Source: Lytechinus pictus
Lineage: Eukaryota
Length of the DNA stretch: 64,000 nt
Assembly: GCF_037042905.1 (NCBI RefSeq)
Contig: NC_087249.1
Span: 3,534,001-3,598,000, forward strand
Direction: 5' to 3'
Shown here piece by piece: positions 1 through 14,069 of this stretch. Every line of letters starts with the position of its first letter. The stretch's first letter is position 1. The position numbers and the translations under genes are program-made. Under the pieces are notes generated by a model, which saw nothing but the letters and a program-made list of their open reading frames with translations, made no database searches and had not been told where the DNA came from.

Positions 1-770
1 GTGACATTTGTTCTCGCAAATGGCTGACGAATAAATCCTTTTGACGTGTATTATAACTAGGTATTTGTGAATTCTGAAGAAATAATTTTTTTAAAGTACA
101 TTCTTGGGGCATCGATTGTAGTTTGAACATGAACAATGCACAATTGAACGACACAAGTTCACTAAGTGGTACCATTTTCAGACGAAGAAATAACGGAGTA
201 CTTGGATGTCTATAATTAGAATTTGTTATAAGTCGTATCGCCCTTTTCTGCAATACTCTCAATTTATCAAGATAAGACTTAAAAGTGTTTCCCCAGGCAA
301 CATTACAATATGTCAGATAAGGTAAAACAATACTATTGTATATTGTTATCAGTATCATTTCAGGTAAAATTGATTTTAACCTATAAATAACACCTACACT
401 GCGAGACACCTTTGTGCAGACAGCATCTAGATGATTTTTCCAGGATAGGTGCTCATCGATATATAACCCAAGAAACAAAATATTTGCACTTGGTTCAACA
501 TCATGACCCCCTATATGAAGACAAGTTATACTCCCTGGAAGCTTTTTACCCTTAGAGCGGAAAATTATGCACTTGGTTTTTTTAATGTTCAACAATAACT
601 TATTGCAACAAAACCATGAATACAGCTTCTTAATTTCTTGATTTGCAACCAGTAACAAATTTTCTACTGACTTATCAGAGAGCATCAGACTGGTATCATC
701 AGCAAACAGGGAGTATGAGAATAATGTTGATGAATGTATTATATCGTTTTTCAAAATATGAAAATAGTAA
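1..770 (-). mobile_element. Degenerate non-LTR retrotransposon (CR1/L2-group LINE) ORF2 reverse-transcriptase fragment
   Basis: Minus-strand translation, with frameshifts, gives SYSLFADDTSLMLSDKS...LYSWFCCNKL...KTKCIIF...FLGLYIDEHLSW...IYNSIVLPYLTYCNVAWG...LRVLQKRAIRLI. These are the FADD catalytic motif and the RT C-terminal motifs of CR1/L2-group LINEs. Confidence 0.85.
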
Positions 771-3700
771 ATAGTCTCTTGGATTGAAACTCTCAATATC
801 TTGAAAAACAAAAACAAAACATACATAAACAAAAAAGTAAAAAACTAAAAAATACTTGGGAAAATATCAGCGATGAATATCTACATAGACATTACTTTAA
901 TAGGCTTATATCCCACCATATTACAGGACATTCATGTATCTGATATAATTTGTGTGCTACATGCAACTCAAAACCCATTCCGAAAAGCATTTTCATATAA
1001 AAATGTCGTTTCATAACATATAATTTGCCAAGTAGATGTACCAAGACCTAATCTATTTGGGAAATTGGTTTTTCATGGACATATGGATAAGGTGATTTAT
1101 TAGCATCCAATTTACATTTGGTTATAATGCACACCAAGTGTGTTTGATATCCTTCATGTATGTATTGTACATGTACAAACTGGCATTTAGCCAATGTGAA
1201 GTACTGGAATAAATGTACACAATATTAGAGGCATACACACATGTATCATGACTTCTTGAATGGTTTGGGTAAAAAAAATCTTGAAAACCGAAATATTCAA
1301 TGCCAGTAGGGTGATATTCTTATTTTAAAATTTTGAAAAATAATATTTTAAAAGTTAATTGCTTCGTATCAGGAATGTGACATCCAAACAAAGATACTAT
1401 CTGTACGTACATACATGTACATTGTAGTTTAAAGTATTTTTCTTTTTAAAGTTCGGCTTATATGAAAAAAAAGTTCAATAGCATTTTTTTTTTCAAAAAA
1501 AAATTACACACCCTGTTGCTTTTGAAAAAAAAGTCTACTAATGACAAAGCCATGCTGAGGGAAAAGTTACACATGGAAAATGTTCTTTTTTAAGAAAATA
1601 AGGATTTCATTTGGCAGTAATGCAAGGACACAAACTTCACATTTGACCATATGAAACATGTTCATGTACAGGGGCAGTCTTCTCCATAAATATTCTCAAA
1701 GCAGGGATTCACTCTCATTTACGTTTCAAAGCAGACCTGTACAGTGACATTTTATAGTTCAACCATCATTTCAAATCAGAATTCAATTTCTTGGTGGCAT
1801 GCAGGCATACATGAATGTATACAATGTGTTAATGGGTTTTTGCCAGACATATTTAATGAAGGTCATTTTCCTAATTCAATCAACCGATTGGCAACAAACG
1901 ATTACCTGTACATGTACCATACATTATCAAATTATATTCAACAGTCAGAATGAACTATGTTTTCAGCACCCATTTCTTTTCACTCACTTTACAGTGTATA
2001 CCTACATGTATACATTTTATGTACAATTAAATTGAATATAAACTCCATTGATAGTAAATGTATTCAGGACTGGTGAAAATGAAGAGAATTATCAATCAGA
2101 GTTCAAAAGGGAGATTTTTTTTCATGAAACTATAAAGCAATTTTATACAGGCCCAGGGGCTCTTTAATACACAACTTACACACTGTGGGTAATTACATGT
2201 TGTTTAAAATAATTAATTGATTGATCCTTGTACATCCTTCATTGTTTTTTAATCTATTTCTTAATTATCTATTATATCATTAATATTTTCATTAATTTTT
2301 TTATTTCAATATATGTTATATTTTTTTTGGGGGGTATCATATTCAGGTTATTACTCATATGCATTTTTCAGACTGTACTCCTCAGTGTACAGAAAAAGCA
2401 CCTTAAATCCCACTGAAATAAAAAAATTACCACTTTTAATTTGATTTAAGAGATCTGCAAGTAATCAACACTTCAAGCTTGGATTACAAACTATCAAGCA
2501 GTGGATGGCAGTTCCAAATAGATAGGAAATCACCAAATTCATGACAGTATAATCCCAAAACTCAATGTCTGGATTAGGGGAATACATTCTTGGAAGAATT
2601 CCAGGGGTTATGTTTATCATTTTCACTGCAGAACTTTAAACATGAAGAACAAGAAGTAAGTATGCTGTAGCTTTACAAGTCTGCATACTGTATATTACAC
2701 ATTGTGCATATTACACTTTTGCTTTTATAGAGATTTCAATTTTCCCAGACTGAAGGTTGGGGGGGGGGGGGGGATGGGAGGTTGACACTAAAAGAGAAAG
2801 ACAATTTCGTTCAACCAGTACAGGTACTAATTATTTTCAATGTACTGATACTGTTAATTATAAAGTAGAGATGCATGTATTAACTATTATACATAAAACG
2901 CAAATGGCAATCATGATGCAGTGAGCTTTTAAAAAGAAAATAAAACCACTTACACAAGTGAACAAGAGAAAATAATAATTCAGAAACTCTTGACAGGATG
3001 TCCCATATTTTAAAAAAAGATAGAAAGAAGCTTTAGCAAGTTTTGAATAAATTCCTAGTATACAATACAACCCCTCTACCTGATATTGGTGATGTTTAAT
3101 GGAAAGAGCTATTCAAGTTGAATTCTTCTCATCTAAAAAAAAAAACCTTTAAAACTTAATGCCACTTGATAGTGACTTAATAATACTGGTAAAAGTCCAA
3201 AAGTAAAGTGTTGTAGAAAATTGCTGATTAATTTCATGGAAGCCTACGAGGTAAAATGGCAGGGATTATTATAGATTACATGCATTAAAGGATGCTAATC
3301 TAAACCATACATTGTCCTTCAAATCTTGCAAATATACTATATTAGCTCTAAATATTTTCCAAAGGGTACATTAAAAAAAAACATAGGAGCATTGATCCAT
3401 ACACTTGGTAAACATAAGCTCAATGTGTTAAGCCCCAGTGAACCGAGTGGCATCATTGGAAATATCCCAGTTCTGTCAAAGCTCTGGGGAGCATTCCATG
3501 GAAGAGTGTGATTTTCAGTTATAATTTAAATGTAAGCTACTGAAATCCTTGCATCTGATTGGCTCAGAGCAAATTCATCAGTGAAAATCATTGAAAAGAT
3601 GCTTCATAAAACCCCTAATTGTCTAATGTACATAAAGTATTCCAATGAAATAATATAACAGAACTGGCCATCATTTTTTTTTATCAAGCTTTAAGAAATC

Positions 3701-3892
3701 AGTATCTGTTATCAATAGCATGCAAGAGGTTTACTTTGAGAGTATTTTGTAACAAAGGACAAAATACCAAGATTCATAATGGGGGCCTTTATTTTTCCTT
3801 TTGTTCAACAGAAGTTTAGGGATCCATTCTACAAGTTCATGTACAACTTCAAAGGACATCTTTCATTTTAAAGAGAAGCTGAGTGGATTTAA

Positions 3893-4487
3893 AGGGGAAT
3901 CCAGCCTTGGTCATAAAATGTTGTGTTGGGAAGGAGAAAAATAAATTAAACAGAATGGTGAAACTTTGAAAGAAATCGGACAAGCAATAAGAAAGTTATA
4001 GCTGCTTTAAAATTTAGATCACTAATACTATGTAGATTTCAAATTGGCAACTGGGTAAGTAAATTATGACAAGGGGCAAGGACAACTTTCCCATAGGCCA
4101 TGTATTTTATTATCAGGGATTTGTGGTTTTCTCCTAAGTACCCATTCCCCCGGGGCAGTAATCTAAATATAACCCAGGTATTATATTGTTTTATGTCATC
4201 ATGAAAGAAAAATATAATTTGAAATAAAACTTTTGGAAAAAATGACATTTTAGCCATAATATGTATTGGAGTACATGGAAGAGTAGTCCTTGCCTTACAT
4301 CACTATGACATCCCATATGCGGCCAATTTGAAGTCTCCATGGGTATAGTGATTACCAATATTTACAACTTTTAAAAATTCATAACTTTCTTGTTGTTTGT
4401 CCAATATTGTTCAAACTTTCACCTATCAACTTGTCTGATTTTTCTTTTCCTTATAAAAACAAGTTTTTATTTGGGTTGGATTCCCCT
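3893..4487. mobile_element. Non-autonomous DNA transposon (MITE), Kolobok/T2-like, TTAA target site
   Basis: Terminal inverted repeats AGGGGAATCCAGCC / GGTTGGATTCCCCT, flanked by TTAA at 3889-3892 and 4488-4491. Confidence 0.85.
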
Positions 4488-5023
4488 TTAATACATGAAC
4501 TTATTAAACAATGTATGTTCTGAACATTCAAAGGACAAACCATTTGTTTAATTCAGCCACATACCTGGAAAAGATACATTCAATACACATTAAAAAGGGT
4601 CTCCAAAATGCATAAATGAAAATATGCCTTACTTTTCTGCTCTATCCGAACAGGCATGTTTACATTCAATCAAATTTTGTGTGGACAATCAGAAAAACAA
4701 ATCTTCATGTTGAGTATGTTCACTAAGCCTATCCACATCACTACGCATCAATTCATAAAATACATGGAGGTAGAAACGCCCCAAAATGATGCAAATCATG
4801 CATGTCGAAATGACTATTGAAATGAAGATGAACAAAATAAATGTTGTAGTCTCTTTACAAGCAATCTCTGCAAAATGAAGTTCAGGCATGATAAACTAAT
4901 AAAATATTTTGTTTCAGTTGGGTACTGTGAAGCTCAAATTATAACCTCAAGAAGTTTACCTTCCCTTTAAATATCTCTATGAATTGAAGATGAAAAACTT
5001 GAGGTTGAAAAAGATAAACATAC

Positions 5024-6751
5024 CTGAGTTTTCAAGGTTGACCATTGTACAAGAGTCAATGAGATCCTTCTCAACGAATGCACGAAAGTCTGCAGGGAAC
5101 ACCAGTAGATCAGGCAAGATGAAGGTGAATCTTGGTGTGTCTACAAGTTGATAGTTGTGGCTCTCTTCGTCATCTTTCACCCTCTGACGACTGGTTATCA
5201 CCAGTCTGGAGTTGGCTGCTGAAAGACCTCTTGTCAGTCTCTTGGTACCTGGTGGAAGGAATGGAAGAAATAATGTCTATGTTCACAAGGTTTAGAATTA
5301 AAAAGCCTGATGAAGGGAATGTTCTAGGTGCCTCCCTTTGTCATCAATCATACCCGGTGCCTGACTACTGATTGTCTTTGTACTTTATAATGCTTGTTGC
5401 CTACATGTATAACGGTGCAATCTAATCTAGTTAAAGGTCAAGGGCAATTTGTGACATGAATAGGTCATTCCCTGTATAGGGTGGCTTAATACACATACAT
5501 GTACATGTGCCTTAATACAAACAAGTACAAAGTGTCAAACTCTAGATAACAGAGGGCAGACATGTACTGCATTGAACATTTGCAGGCTACATTTGAGTTT
5601 GTCTAGCCAGTCCAACAATACAGGATACAAGAGTTCTTTTTTTTTGGGAAGACAGATACTAAAAATAAACATAGATTCCATCCAGAATTGAAACAATGCA
5701 AGTGACCTCATTATTTAAAAGAAAAAAAACCAGGTGACTAAAAAAAAAAACCAAGAGAAAAGAACTTACCCGGTGACTTTGGAGGATCTCTCAGCTGAGG
5801 ATGCTGCAAGGCATTTGGAGATGAGGAGCCCCCATTATGTGAAATGGAATCATCTCCTCTCCCATTTATTTTTGGGGAGGCCCTGTTGGGAATAGGCTGT
5901 GTCATTTGCCCATTTGGGGGAGAATTTCTCTTGGGAGAACCTTTCTGTGGAGGACTTCTCTGGGGCGAGCTGGGCTTTGGGCTGGTCTTTGGGGGAATTT
6001 GGTTGGAAGGGTTTTCTTTGGGAGAGATTTTCTTTGGAGCTGCCTGTCTTTGAGCAGATAGCCGTTTCTGGCCTTGGAGTTCTTGGAAGTCTCTTACTGC
6101 AGCATCAAAATTCCAATTTGTACCTTTATTTGTATTAAAAGAAAAAAGGGGTTTAAATATTGAGGTAATGGCACATGTACACAAATTATGAATTACAAAG
6201 GAAACTAAGCCTGTGAAGGCACAAAACAGACTCTCTTCATGAACTTTATATGAACTTCATGTCCATGACCTCGATTTCTACCACAGCACTGCGTCTTTAG
6301 AAAAGCACCCGCCCAACCAATAACGAACAATACCTCCATTTCCCCTCTAAACAACTTGGCAAATGAGCCAACAACACACTTCAAAATTTCTAATCTCTAT
6401 TTCAATGCCCAAAGAATTCTGGCTTCATTACCTGCTGCACCCTTTATCAAATAAAACCATAATAAAGAGTACTGGACGAGACATTCCTCATACCTAATTA
6501 AATGCACATGTACAGTACATCTGTCTCTCTGCTGCACAGATTTGGCAGTACAACAAGCCAAGTGCATTTAAATATCTATATAAATAGAATAAATTTTTAT
6601 GCCCCCATACAGTGTATAAAACTACTTATAAATTCAAGATTTACATACAGGAATGCGTCTTACCTTCTAGAAGATCATGAGCAAATCCAAGATCAAGTTG
6701 GGTCATCTTCATGAACCGAGATAACATCACATGTTTATCTCTCTCCTCCAT
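5024..6751 (-). CDS. OTUD7B: OTU domain-containing protein 7 (OTUD7A/B, Cezanne-like deubiquitinase), first three coding exons; the gene continues off the left edge
   Basis: Exons 6751-6664, 6123-5770 and 5248-5024 are joined by phase-1 GT-AG introns. They give MEERDKHVMLSRFMKMTQLDLGFAHDLLE-GTNWNFDAAVRDFQEL (UBA-like N-terminus), then KRLTRGLSAANSRLV, then FTFILPDLLVFPADFRAFVEKDLIDSCTMVNLENSG. These match OTUD7 motifs as I recall them (ARDLLEGKNWD, KRLSRGISHA, FQLPDL..FRSFIERDLIE). A versus B cannot be resolved; invertebrates are expected to have one co-ortholog. Confidence 0.9.
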
Positions 6752-7295
6752 TTCTATGATGTATCCTACACAGGGCAGGTCAGGGCAAGGAGAATCAGTG
6801 TTTGAGGATATCTTTTGGGCGATTCTCCAAGGTACCCTTAATCATATCCCACTGGATTTTACTTTGTGACTTTCAGCAATAAAGGCATTCAAGATTTATG
6901 AAGGGTACTACAACAAGTGGGTCGAAATTGTAGAGTAATGAAGTGCTGATTCACCCCCCTCAGACACTGGTGAAATCTGATCCAAAATCCTGGAAGGGTG
7001 TTCGCCGACATGTGCAGTCGTCGAGCGTCTGATGCGATAATGAGCTTCCGTCTTCACATGTGACACGCTTTTGTTTTTAGACCATGCTCTAGCCGCAGGT
7101 CACTTGGGTTTGAACATGTAGCTGTACTGTCGATATCAAGTATTCAGAATCAGTGAACTTCCTTTTCTGTGAAGTAACAAGGTTGTGGCATTGTCGTTAT
7201 CAGGTTTGCTGCCTTGCTTTATGGATGTAGCATCTGATCTCACTGGGGTCAGTGATTACGTCAGGAGAAAATCGCCACTTTGACCTGTGCACAGA

Positions 7296-7415
7296 TAAGA
7301 GAGTGAAAGAGAGAGAGAGAGAGAAAAGGAGATACAGTATAGAGAAATAGGTAGATAGATAGAGAGTGAGATAGAGAGGCAGAAGAAAAGGAGAGAGAGA
7401 CAGAGGATCAGAGAG
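7296..7415. repeat. (GA)n/GATA-rich microsatellite, a polypyrimidine tract on the minus strand
   Basis: GAGA/GATA low-complexity run just upstream of a candidate minus-strand acceptor (AG at 7286-7285). Confidence 0.8.
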
Positions 7416-10400
7416 AAATGTATAGTTAGATTGACCAAAGAATAATGCATAAATTAAAAATGCCTGTCTGTCAACTCTGGAAAGACTTGTAAACAAACTT
7501 CCAACATCATAAAACATTAAAGCAGCAGTCCTCAGCATTCATACACCTGGGTCATTGCAAAACATAATCTGCAAGATTATATGACCCATTCATATTTCAA
7601 TTTGTCTAATTCAAATCTTGACATACATGTAGCAGAGTAGGCTTGTATCAACAGCGATGTCGTATTATCCAATGTATACAGTAGCAGGGCAGCAAGTTAC
7701 GCTTTCTTCAATTAAGTTAATTTAATCAGAGTGGGAGTTCATGCAAGGCTTTTCTTCTGATGTAAATGTCAATAAAGTCACTCTGCATCGGATATACACA
7801 GCTCAGCCGTCCATGCATGCATTGCAATGTGCCAAAGTAAAGTTCAAAACCTCTTCATAAAGAAGAAATGAAAAACAACAGCAAAAGTAGGATGCAGATA
7901 TCCAAGCAAGCAAAAGAAGAACACTCCATATACCTGATGAAGGAGGACAATTTGTGAAATATCCAACCAACTTTCAGTATGTACATGTAGGGCCTACATG
8001 TTGAGGTCTGTAAAAACCATTTTAACAAGGAAGAGATTAATAGGAAATGAATACTTCTTGCAGTAAATTACTCATAGTTCTTTATTTTGACCGGGAATGA
8101 TACATTTACATTTTAGGTGAAACATAGTTCAGAAGTTCTTGTGACAGTTTCATATTAAATCTGTTTGTACATGTACACCTGTATGTAAATTATGCACAAC
8201 CTGACACGTGACTGTGGCTGGTGCCCCATTCTTATGCGACAAGTTAGAAACACAAATATTCATATTTTTTTACAAACTGAATGTCCTTTAAACTTATTTT
8301 TCATTTAATTCTGACATAAATTTGTATTCACATGCTTGATAATAACAAGAATATTGCATTTCATTGTCATTCAATGGGAATAAGAAAGAATGAGATTCTG
8401 ATTTGGCACTGGGGTACATGAACAAGTCACTAGTTTTGTGTAGTGTAGTGCAGGCTCATGGTGCAGAGCACAACTCAAAATCAGCTTTTATAATCTTCAA
8501 ATAATGGCTCAAAAGTTCAATGAAAGGTACATGTAGAGAACACAGAGGACAGAAACAAATGTGTCACAAAATACATAGAAAAAAACAAAACTTCCTCCAG
8601 ATCAGCAACATACATTCATGTACCTCACTCTGCACACAGCAGGACTCAGAGACATAGCAATCAATCACAGTATTCCAATGCCTACTACATGTACTCGTTT
8701 TTAACCAACAATGTTTTTTCCCCCAACATTTCTACCAATTACATTTCTGTACATGTATATTATGGGGCCCAAATCCGTTATCTTATCAGGCCTTCAGAAT
8801 TCAGATCTACTGTATGGAAATTAATGAACTTTGTTATGTACAACGATTCTAATCTAGAATAAAATTCTGAACCATCTCCTCCTTTTGCAGACAAATGCAG
8901 ACTTACATGTACATACGTACATTTAGGCCAATTTGTACATTTTACCATATGAATGAATAAAAAGACCCAGGTTACAAATGTCAATCCATACAAAATACAG
9001 TACAGGTACATGTACATGTACACTGTATCGTCAAATTTGAAGAGTCAAAATTCAAGTTCCTCGCCTCTGCTTCATATATATATACAGACGTGTACACATA
9101 TTATTACTCAGACACATTCTAAAAAAACCCAGTACATACCAATAAAATGGACTTCAACCATTGCTTACTGACTGATGTTGTCTGTACTTATGTTACAGTG
9201 GATAATTGCTGTTTGATGACAATCCTCTTGCACTGTTGGAATCCTGAGCAATTGAATTTATTGTCAATAGAGACAACAGCAAACTCAAAAACAGACACAA
9301 TAAAACAGAAACCTCAGATCCAAAATGAGGAACTCTCAGAGAGCTGAAGGCATGCAAACATTTCACGCACAATAGAAAAATGAATATTCTCACACTTGGT
9401 CGAGTCGAAGGAATGATTCTTGTTCATCATGACCACAAGAATTTTACATCATACAATAGACAGTCAGGGCATGGTCCAATGGTTGAGTGTAAAAAGGAAA
9501 GATGCAAAAATGTTAGATGGAATTTTTTTCTCATACACTGTAAATACAGGGCATGGTTCAATGTAGACGTGTAGTACAAAAGTACAATTCAACTGATAAT
9601 TGCAAAGGAATTCTTACGCAGTATTGCCAATAAAGTTAAATTCAAACATGTACATGTACAACAGTACTACATGTAAGAGTTCTTTATAGGAAATACATCA
9701 AGATGCTATTTCCTATGATTCAGAAACCTTTAATATGAAACTTATGGAGCGATGACGTACCCAATGGGTATTTCTACAATATTCAAACAATGGACACTGA
9801 ACAAAATCTACCCGTTACAAACTCTTGTAGGCTACATAAAGCACTATTTTAATAAAAAGCTCTTTAATTATCTTACATGTACAGTACAATGTTGCCTACA
9901 ATAATATCATTTCATACATTGAAAAAAAGGATAAATGTAGCGTTCAATCATAATAATTGAATGGACAAATAAACAATGATTTAACCATATACCTGGTACA
10001 TGTACATTGTAGGCCTATGAATCGGTTACAGTGTACATGTACATTACTAGATCTATGTAAAGTATTTAAAAACCAGAAATTTCCTTATTTCCCAAACGTG
10101 AGACCTTCAAGAGAGGCAGAAAGAGAGAGACAGATGAGTGAAAGAGAGCACAAAAAAGAGAGAAAATGAGAATGAGAAACAACCAACTGTTGTTGAATAA
10201 AGTAGGTAGAAATATTGTCCTATTGATGGATCTGAAATTGTCATTTGTAAGCCCATACCATGTGACCTATATAGTCAACAAGCTACATGTACCGTCAAAC
10301 TTCACAACTATTGTAGTTCAAGGGCGTTCACCAGTACATGTACATGCCCTTCAACCAACCAATGGACAATATACATAGAAAGAAGTGATTTATATAATTT

Positions 10401-11116
10401 TCAGTACAAATGACAGTGTGAAGGCCTACATTACTTGTACATGTGTCCACTGTATATAGCCTTGAATCTGGATTTTTTGCATAGTAGAGGATAAAAAGCC
10501 TGTCACTACATGTACATAATTCATGAGAGCCATGATTTCTAAATTTTGGAGAGCCAGTTTGATGCCAGAGCCCTTTTTATAATATACAAAAGAGGAGAAA
10601 ATTTCATTTGTATCAGTTTGATATATTTCTTACTGGTCATGTCGGACCACTAAATCTGGCTATTTCTGAAAAGTTACTGGCCCTACAGCAATTTTTACTG
10701 GTCTGGGACTGTTGGAACAGTGCCAGTGTTGCACGCTGGCTTTAGATATTCAGTAATGAAAATGATAAATGTATGTTAGATCCAAAATATAGATGTTTGT
10801 TTAAGCAAAAATGAAAAGAAATGGCTAAAATACATCATGTAGACTCTACACTGTATTTGAGTCTGGGTACATGGGCATGGTACATGAATCATGCAAATAA
10901 AAGTGTGATCAGTGTGTACATATTGAGCTGATTGTGACTGTTTCAAAGTCACCAAAATGTTGCTATCAAATAGTGAATGTTTTCTAGGAATTGGACATTA
11001 TGAAACCACTTTTAATGTTTTATGCCAATTTATTGCTTCCACTACTCATCATGACCTTTAAAAGCTTTGATAAATCTAAAGATGATCTGTTTAATATTGT
11101 GTTTTTCTAGTCTAGT

Positions 11117-11638
11117 TTATGGTCAGTTTGCTTTACACTATACTATGAAGAGATTTGTTATTGTTTATTAATTAGATAGAGCTCTGCCTACATGCCATGA
11201 AACATCCACATGAAGCATCCAATATAAAAATGCCATCATCATTTTTCATATTGTCATTATCATTTGAATATCCATTGTTGAATATAGATTTTACTATAAA
11301 ACCAAAACACTTGTTGTGTGAAAGGTCGGCTATATTTCTTCAATATGATGTTAAAATGTCTAAGTAAAAAAATCACATGGATTACTTGATAACTGGTAAT
11401 CAATGTTATTTTTTGCTTAGACATTTAACATCAAATTGGAGCAATAAAGCCCACCTTTCAAACAACAAGTATTTTAGATAAGTAAGATCTATATGCGACA
11501 GTGGATATTCAAATACATGTATGTGAAAAATAATAATGACATTTTGATATTGGGTGCTTCATATGGATGTTTCATGGCATGATTAATAAACAATAACAAA
11601 TCTCTTCATAGTATACTGTAAAGCAAAACTGACCATAA
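11117..11638. repeat. ~520 bp imperfect palindrome (foldback element)
   Basis: The left end TTATGGTCAGTTTGCTTTACACTATACTATGAAGAGATTTGTTATTGTTTATTAA is the near-exact reverse complement of the right end. Complementarity continues inward to a centre near 11390. Confidence 0.9.
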
Positions 11639-13260
11639 GGGCCCAAGTTAGTATTAAACAGTAATATAATAGTAATATTTTACATAGTTTTCACAAAATT
11701 AATCACTTAAAGATGATCATATGCTACACTTCTGTAAGGTTTCAATGTAAAAAGGATATTATGGTTCAATAATTCATACCGGTAATCAGATCTTTAATGC
11801 TTTACCAATTTTTAGACAGTCTTTGACATCACCATACATTATCATTATTTATTTATTTTTTTGGGGGGTGGGGGTAAAATATTCCAAGTTTAACAGCTGT
11901 ATGATCAGAAACAAAAAATGAAAGCCCCATAAAAAAGTTTTTATGAGCAAAATTCTAGACCATAGTGAGTTAATACATGTACCATAGACCCTTCCAGGAT
12001 AATCAGCATTACAAAATATCCTCTGTGCCTTTATGAATTGGAACATGGGTCAGACATCTATTAAGACCAAATTATCGATCAATTAAAAATGCAAATGAGG
12101 GCCTTTTTTGCAGAAAAATGAAGACCTCTCTTCAAACTTTTATGCGTGGGACGAAAGGGGCATTCTCTAGCAAAGCCAGTAGACTACACAGAGTGAAGTC
12201 ACAATGTTTTTTGTTTGATTAGGACACGTTATATGCTATCAAATACCCATATTAACATTCCTTCTTATCTTTCAAAGTTCATCAACAAAGTCTGTCTTGG
12301 AACCTTGAGCAAATATTTACAAGTACATTTTGAAATACTTGGTTGGCTTATGTCGCATGCCTGTCTCATTTGCAGGTAACCCTACATGTACACAGTTTCT
12401 ATTTCTAGCCATGATTAGACGAGGGTGAACTGTGCAGATGACAGAAACAAGTGCTACCAAATTGCTTTAAAGACAAGAAAAGTGGTATTTATTTTTTTTT
12501 ATTTATTGGTCATGCAATACACAAAATACAATGCACATGTACACATACAGGGTAATCATAGAATAAATTTGAAAATGAAAACCACTTGTAAAAAAAAGGT
12601 TTTATTAAAGGGAAAGTTCACCCTGACATCCATTTTAATATAATGAAAGCATAAAAATTAGAGATGTATACAATTTTCGATGGAGGTTTGGGGGAAAAAA
12701 ATTCATCAAAGAAAAAGCAGGTATAAATTTTTTTTAAGAATGGATTTTTGTGACATCACTTGTGTACATATTCCCCATGTAAATGTATAATAGAATTTCA
12801 ATAAATTCTTCTTTTTTTAATGTGTATGACAAAGAAATAATGAGTCTCATACATGTACATGTAGATGTTGAATGAAGAAAAGTAGAATTGATAAAACCAA
12901 TCTGATTCAAGTGTTAGGGTGCTTGTTTTTAACAAAAATATCACAGCCCCACATTTGACACTACAATACAAAATAATGTTGCCCACTATGTATGAACATT
13001 GAATGGAGATTTTGTTGGAAACTAAAAGATGTAGCATTAATCTCCAAAAGGAAATGCAGACTAAGCCAAAGTGACACATTTCCAACCAACGTGAAAATTA
13101 AAGGGGTAGTATTCCCTCAAAAGATTGAACACCAGCAGAAGCTGAAAATAAGGAAAGAAGATTATTTCGTAAAGCTTTGATCTTCATGCCTTTCATGGTG
13201 TCGTTGAATTGTGATTTGTCTATACATGAAAGAGCCGCTTCACGTGAGCACTGACACTAA

Positions 13261-14069
13261 GGGTGCGTTTATCCGCCACTTTTTTACCCTAGAATCATGA
13301 TTTGAATCATGATTCAAATCATGATTCTGCAGAATCACGATTGCGTTTAGTCGAAATTGAATATAATCATGATTAGAATCACAAACATGAAACACGAAAA
13401 AAGGGGCGTTTGGAAAGACGTTTCTGCAGAATCACGTACGAAAATGTTCGAATAAACGATATCGTGATTACAATCATGATTATATGACCTCACTGTTGTG
13501 TCGGGCTACTTTCGGTTTGACTCTTGCCAAGCTCAAGGCGCTCTATATGCTCATTGTATATGAATTCATTTCTTGTCATGTTCAAGTTCTGTGTTGGTCA
13601 TCGCATCGTCCACTACTTTTCATTTTTTGGTCATGTCTTAAACTTCAAGTTCTAGTAAATGAATTAACTGGACAGACAATGATCTCAGTTGTTGTTGAGT
13701 ATACAGTATCAATATCAAATTGGATCTACACTGAAATTCACTTCCGAACACCATTTTGGATAAACTAAACAAGATGAATAGAAGCATATGGACCCTTTAT
13801 GATAGAAGTAAACAAAATGAGGTATAGACTGAATTCTGATGGAAGCAAAATAATTTTCGAGAGCCGAAACACGTGCGAAAAACTTCCTCTGTCAAACTGC
13901 GCACTAGTGATGCGCACTGGATTGGCCCGAATCTGAGGAGAAACAGCATTGGAATGAAGGTCGTCTAAACGCTGATTCTGTGATATTGTGATTCATGTTT
14001 GTGTTTTGAATCATGATTCAAATCATGATTCAAATCATGATTCTGGCTTGAGGTCGCATAAACGCAGCC
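13261..14069. mobile_element. PIF/Harbinger-type MITE
   Basis: TIRs GGGTGCGTTTAT / ATAAACGCAGCC, with a 3-bp TAA duplication on both sides (13258-13260 and 14070-14072). Both ends carry subterminal arrays of the palindrome AATCATGATT. Confidence 0.85.

Noticed and set aside
770-5023. Further OTUD7 exons (RLNWW motif and catalytic OTU core)
   Set aside because: I could not find them on the minus strand here; they are presumed to lie beyond the left edge.
13290-14045. Repeated AATCATGATT units as a CRISPR-like or regulatory array
   Set aside because: They are subterminal repeats of a TIR/TSD-bounded MITE. There are no unique spacers, and the DNA is eukaryotic.
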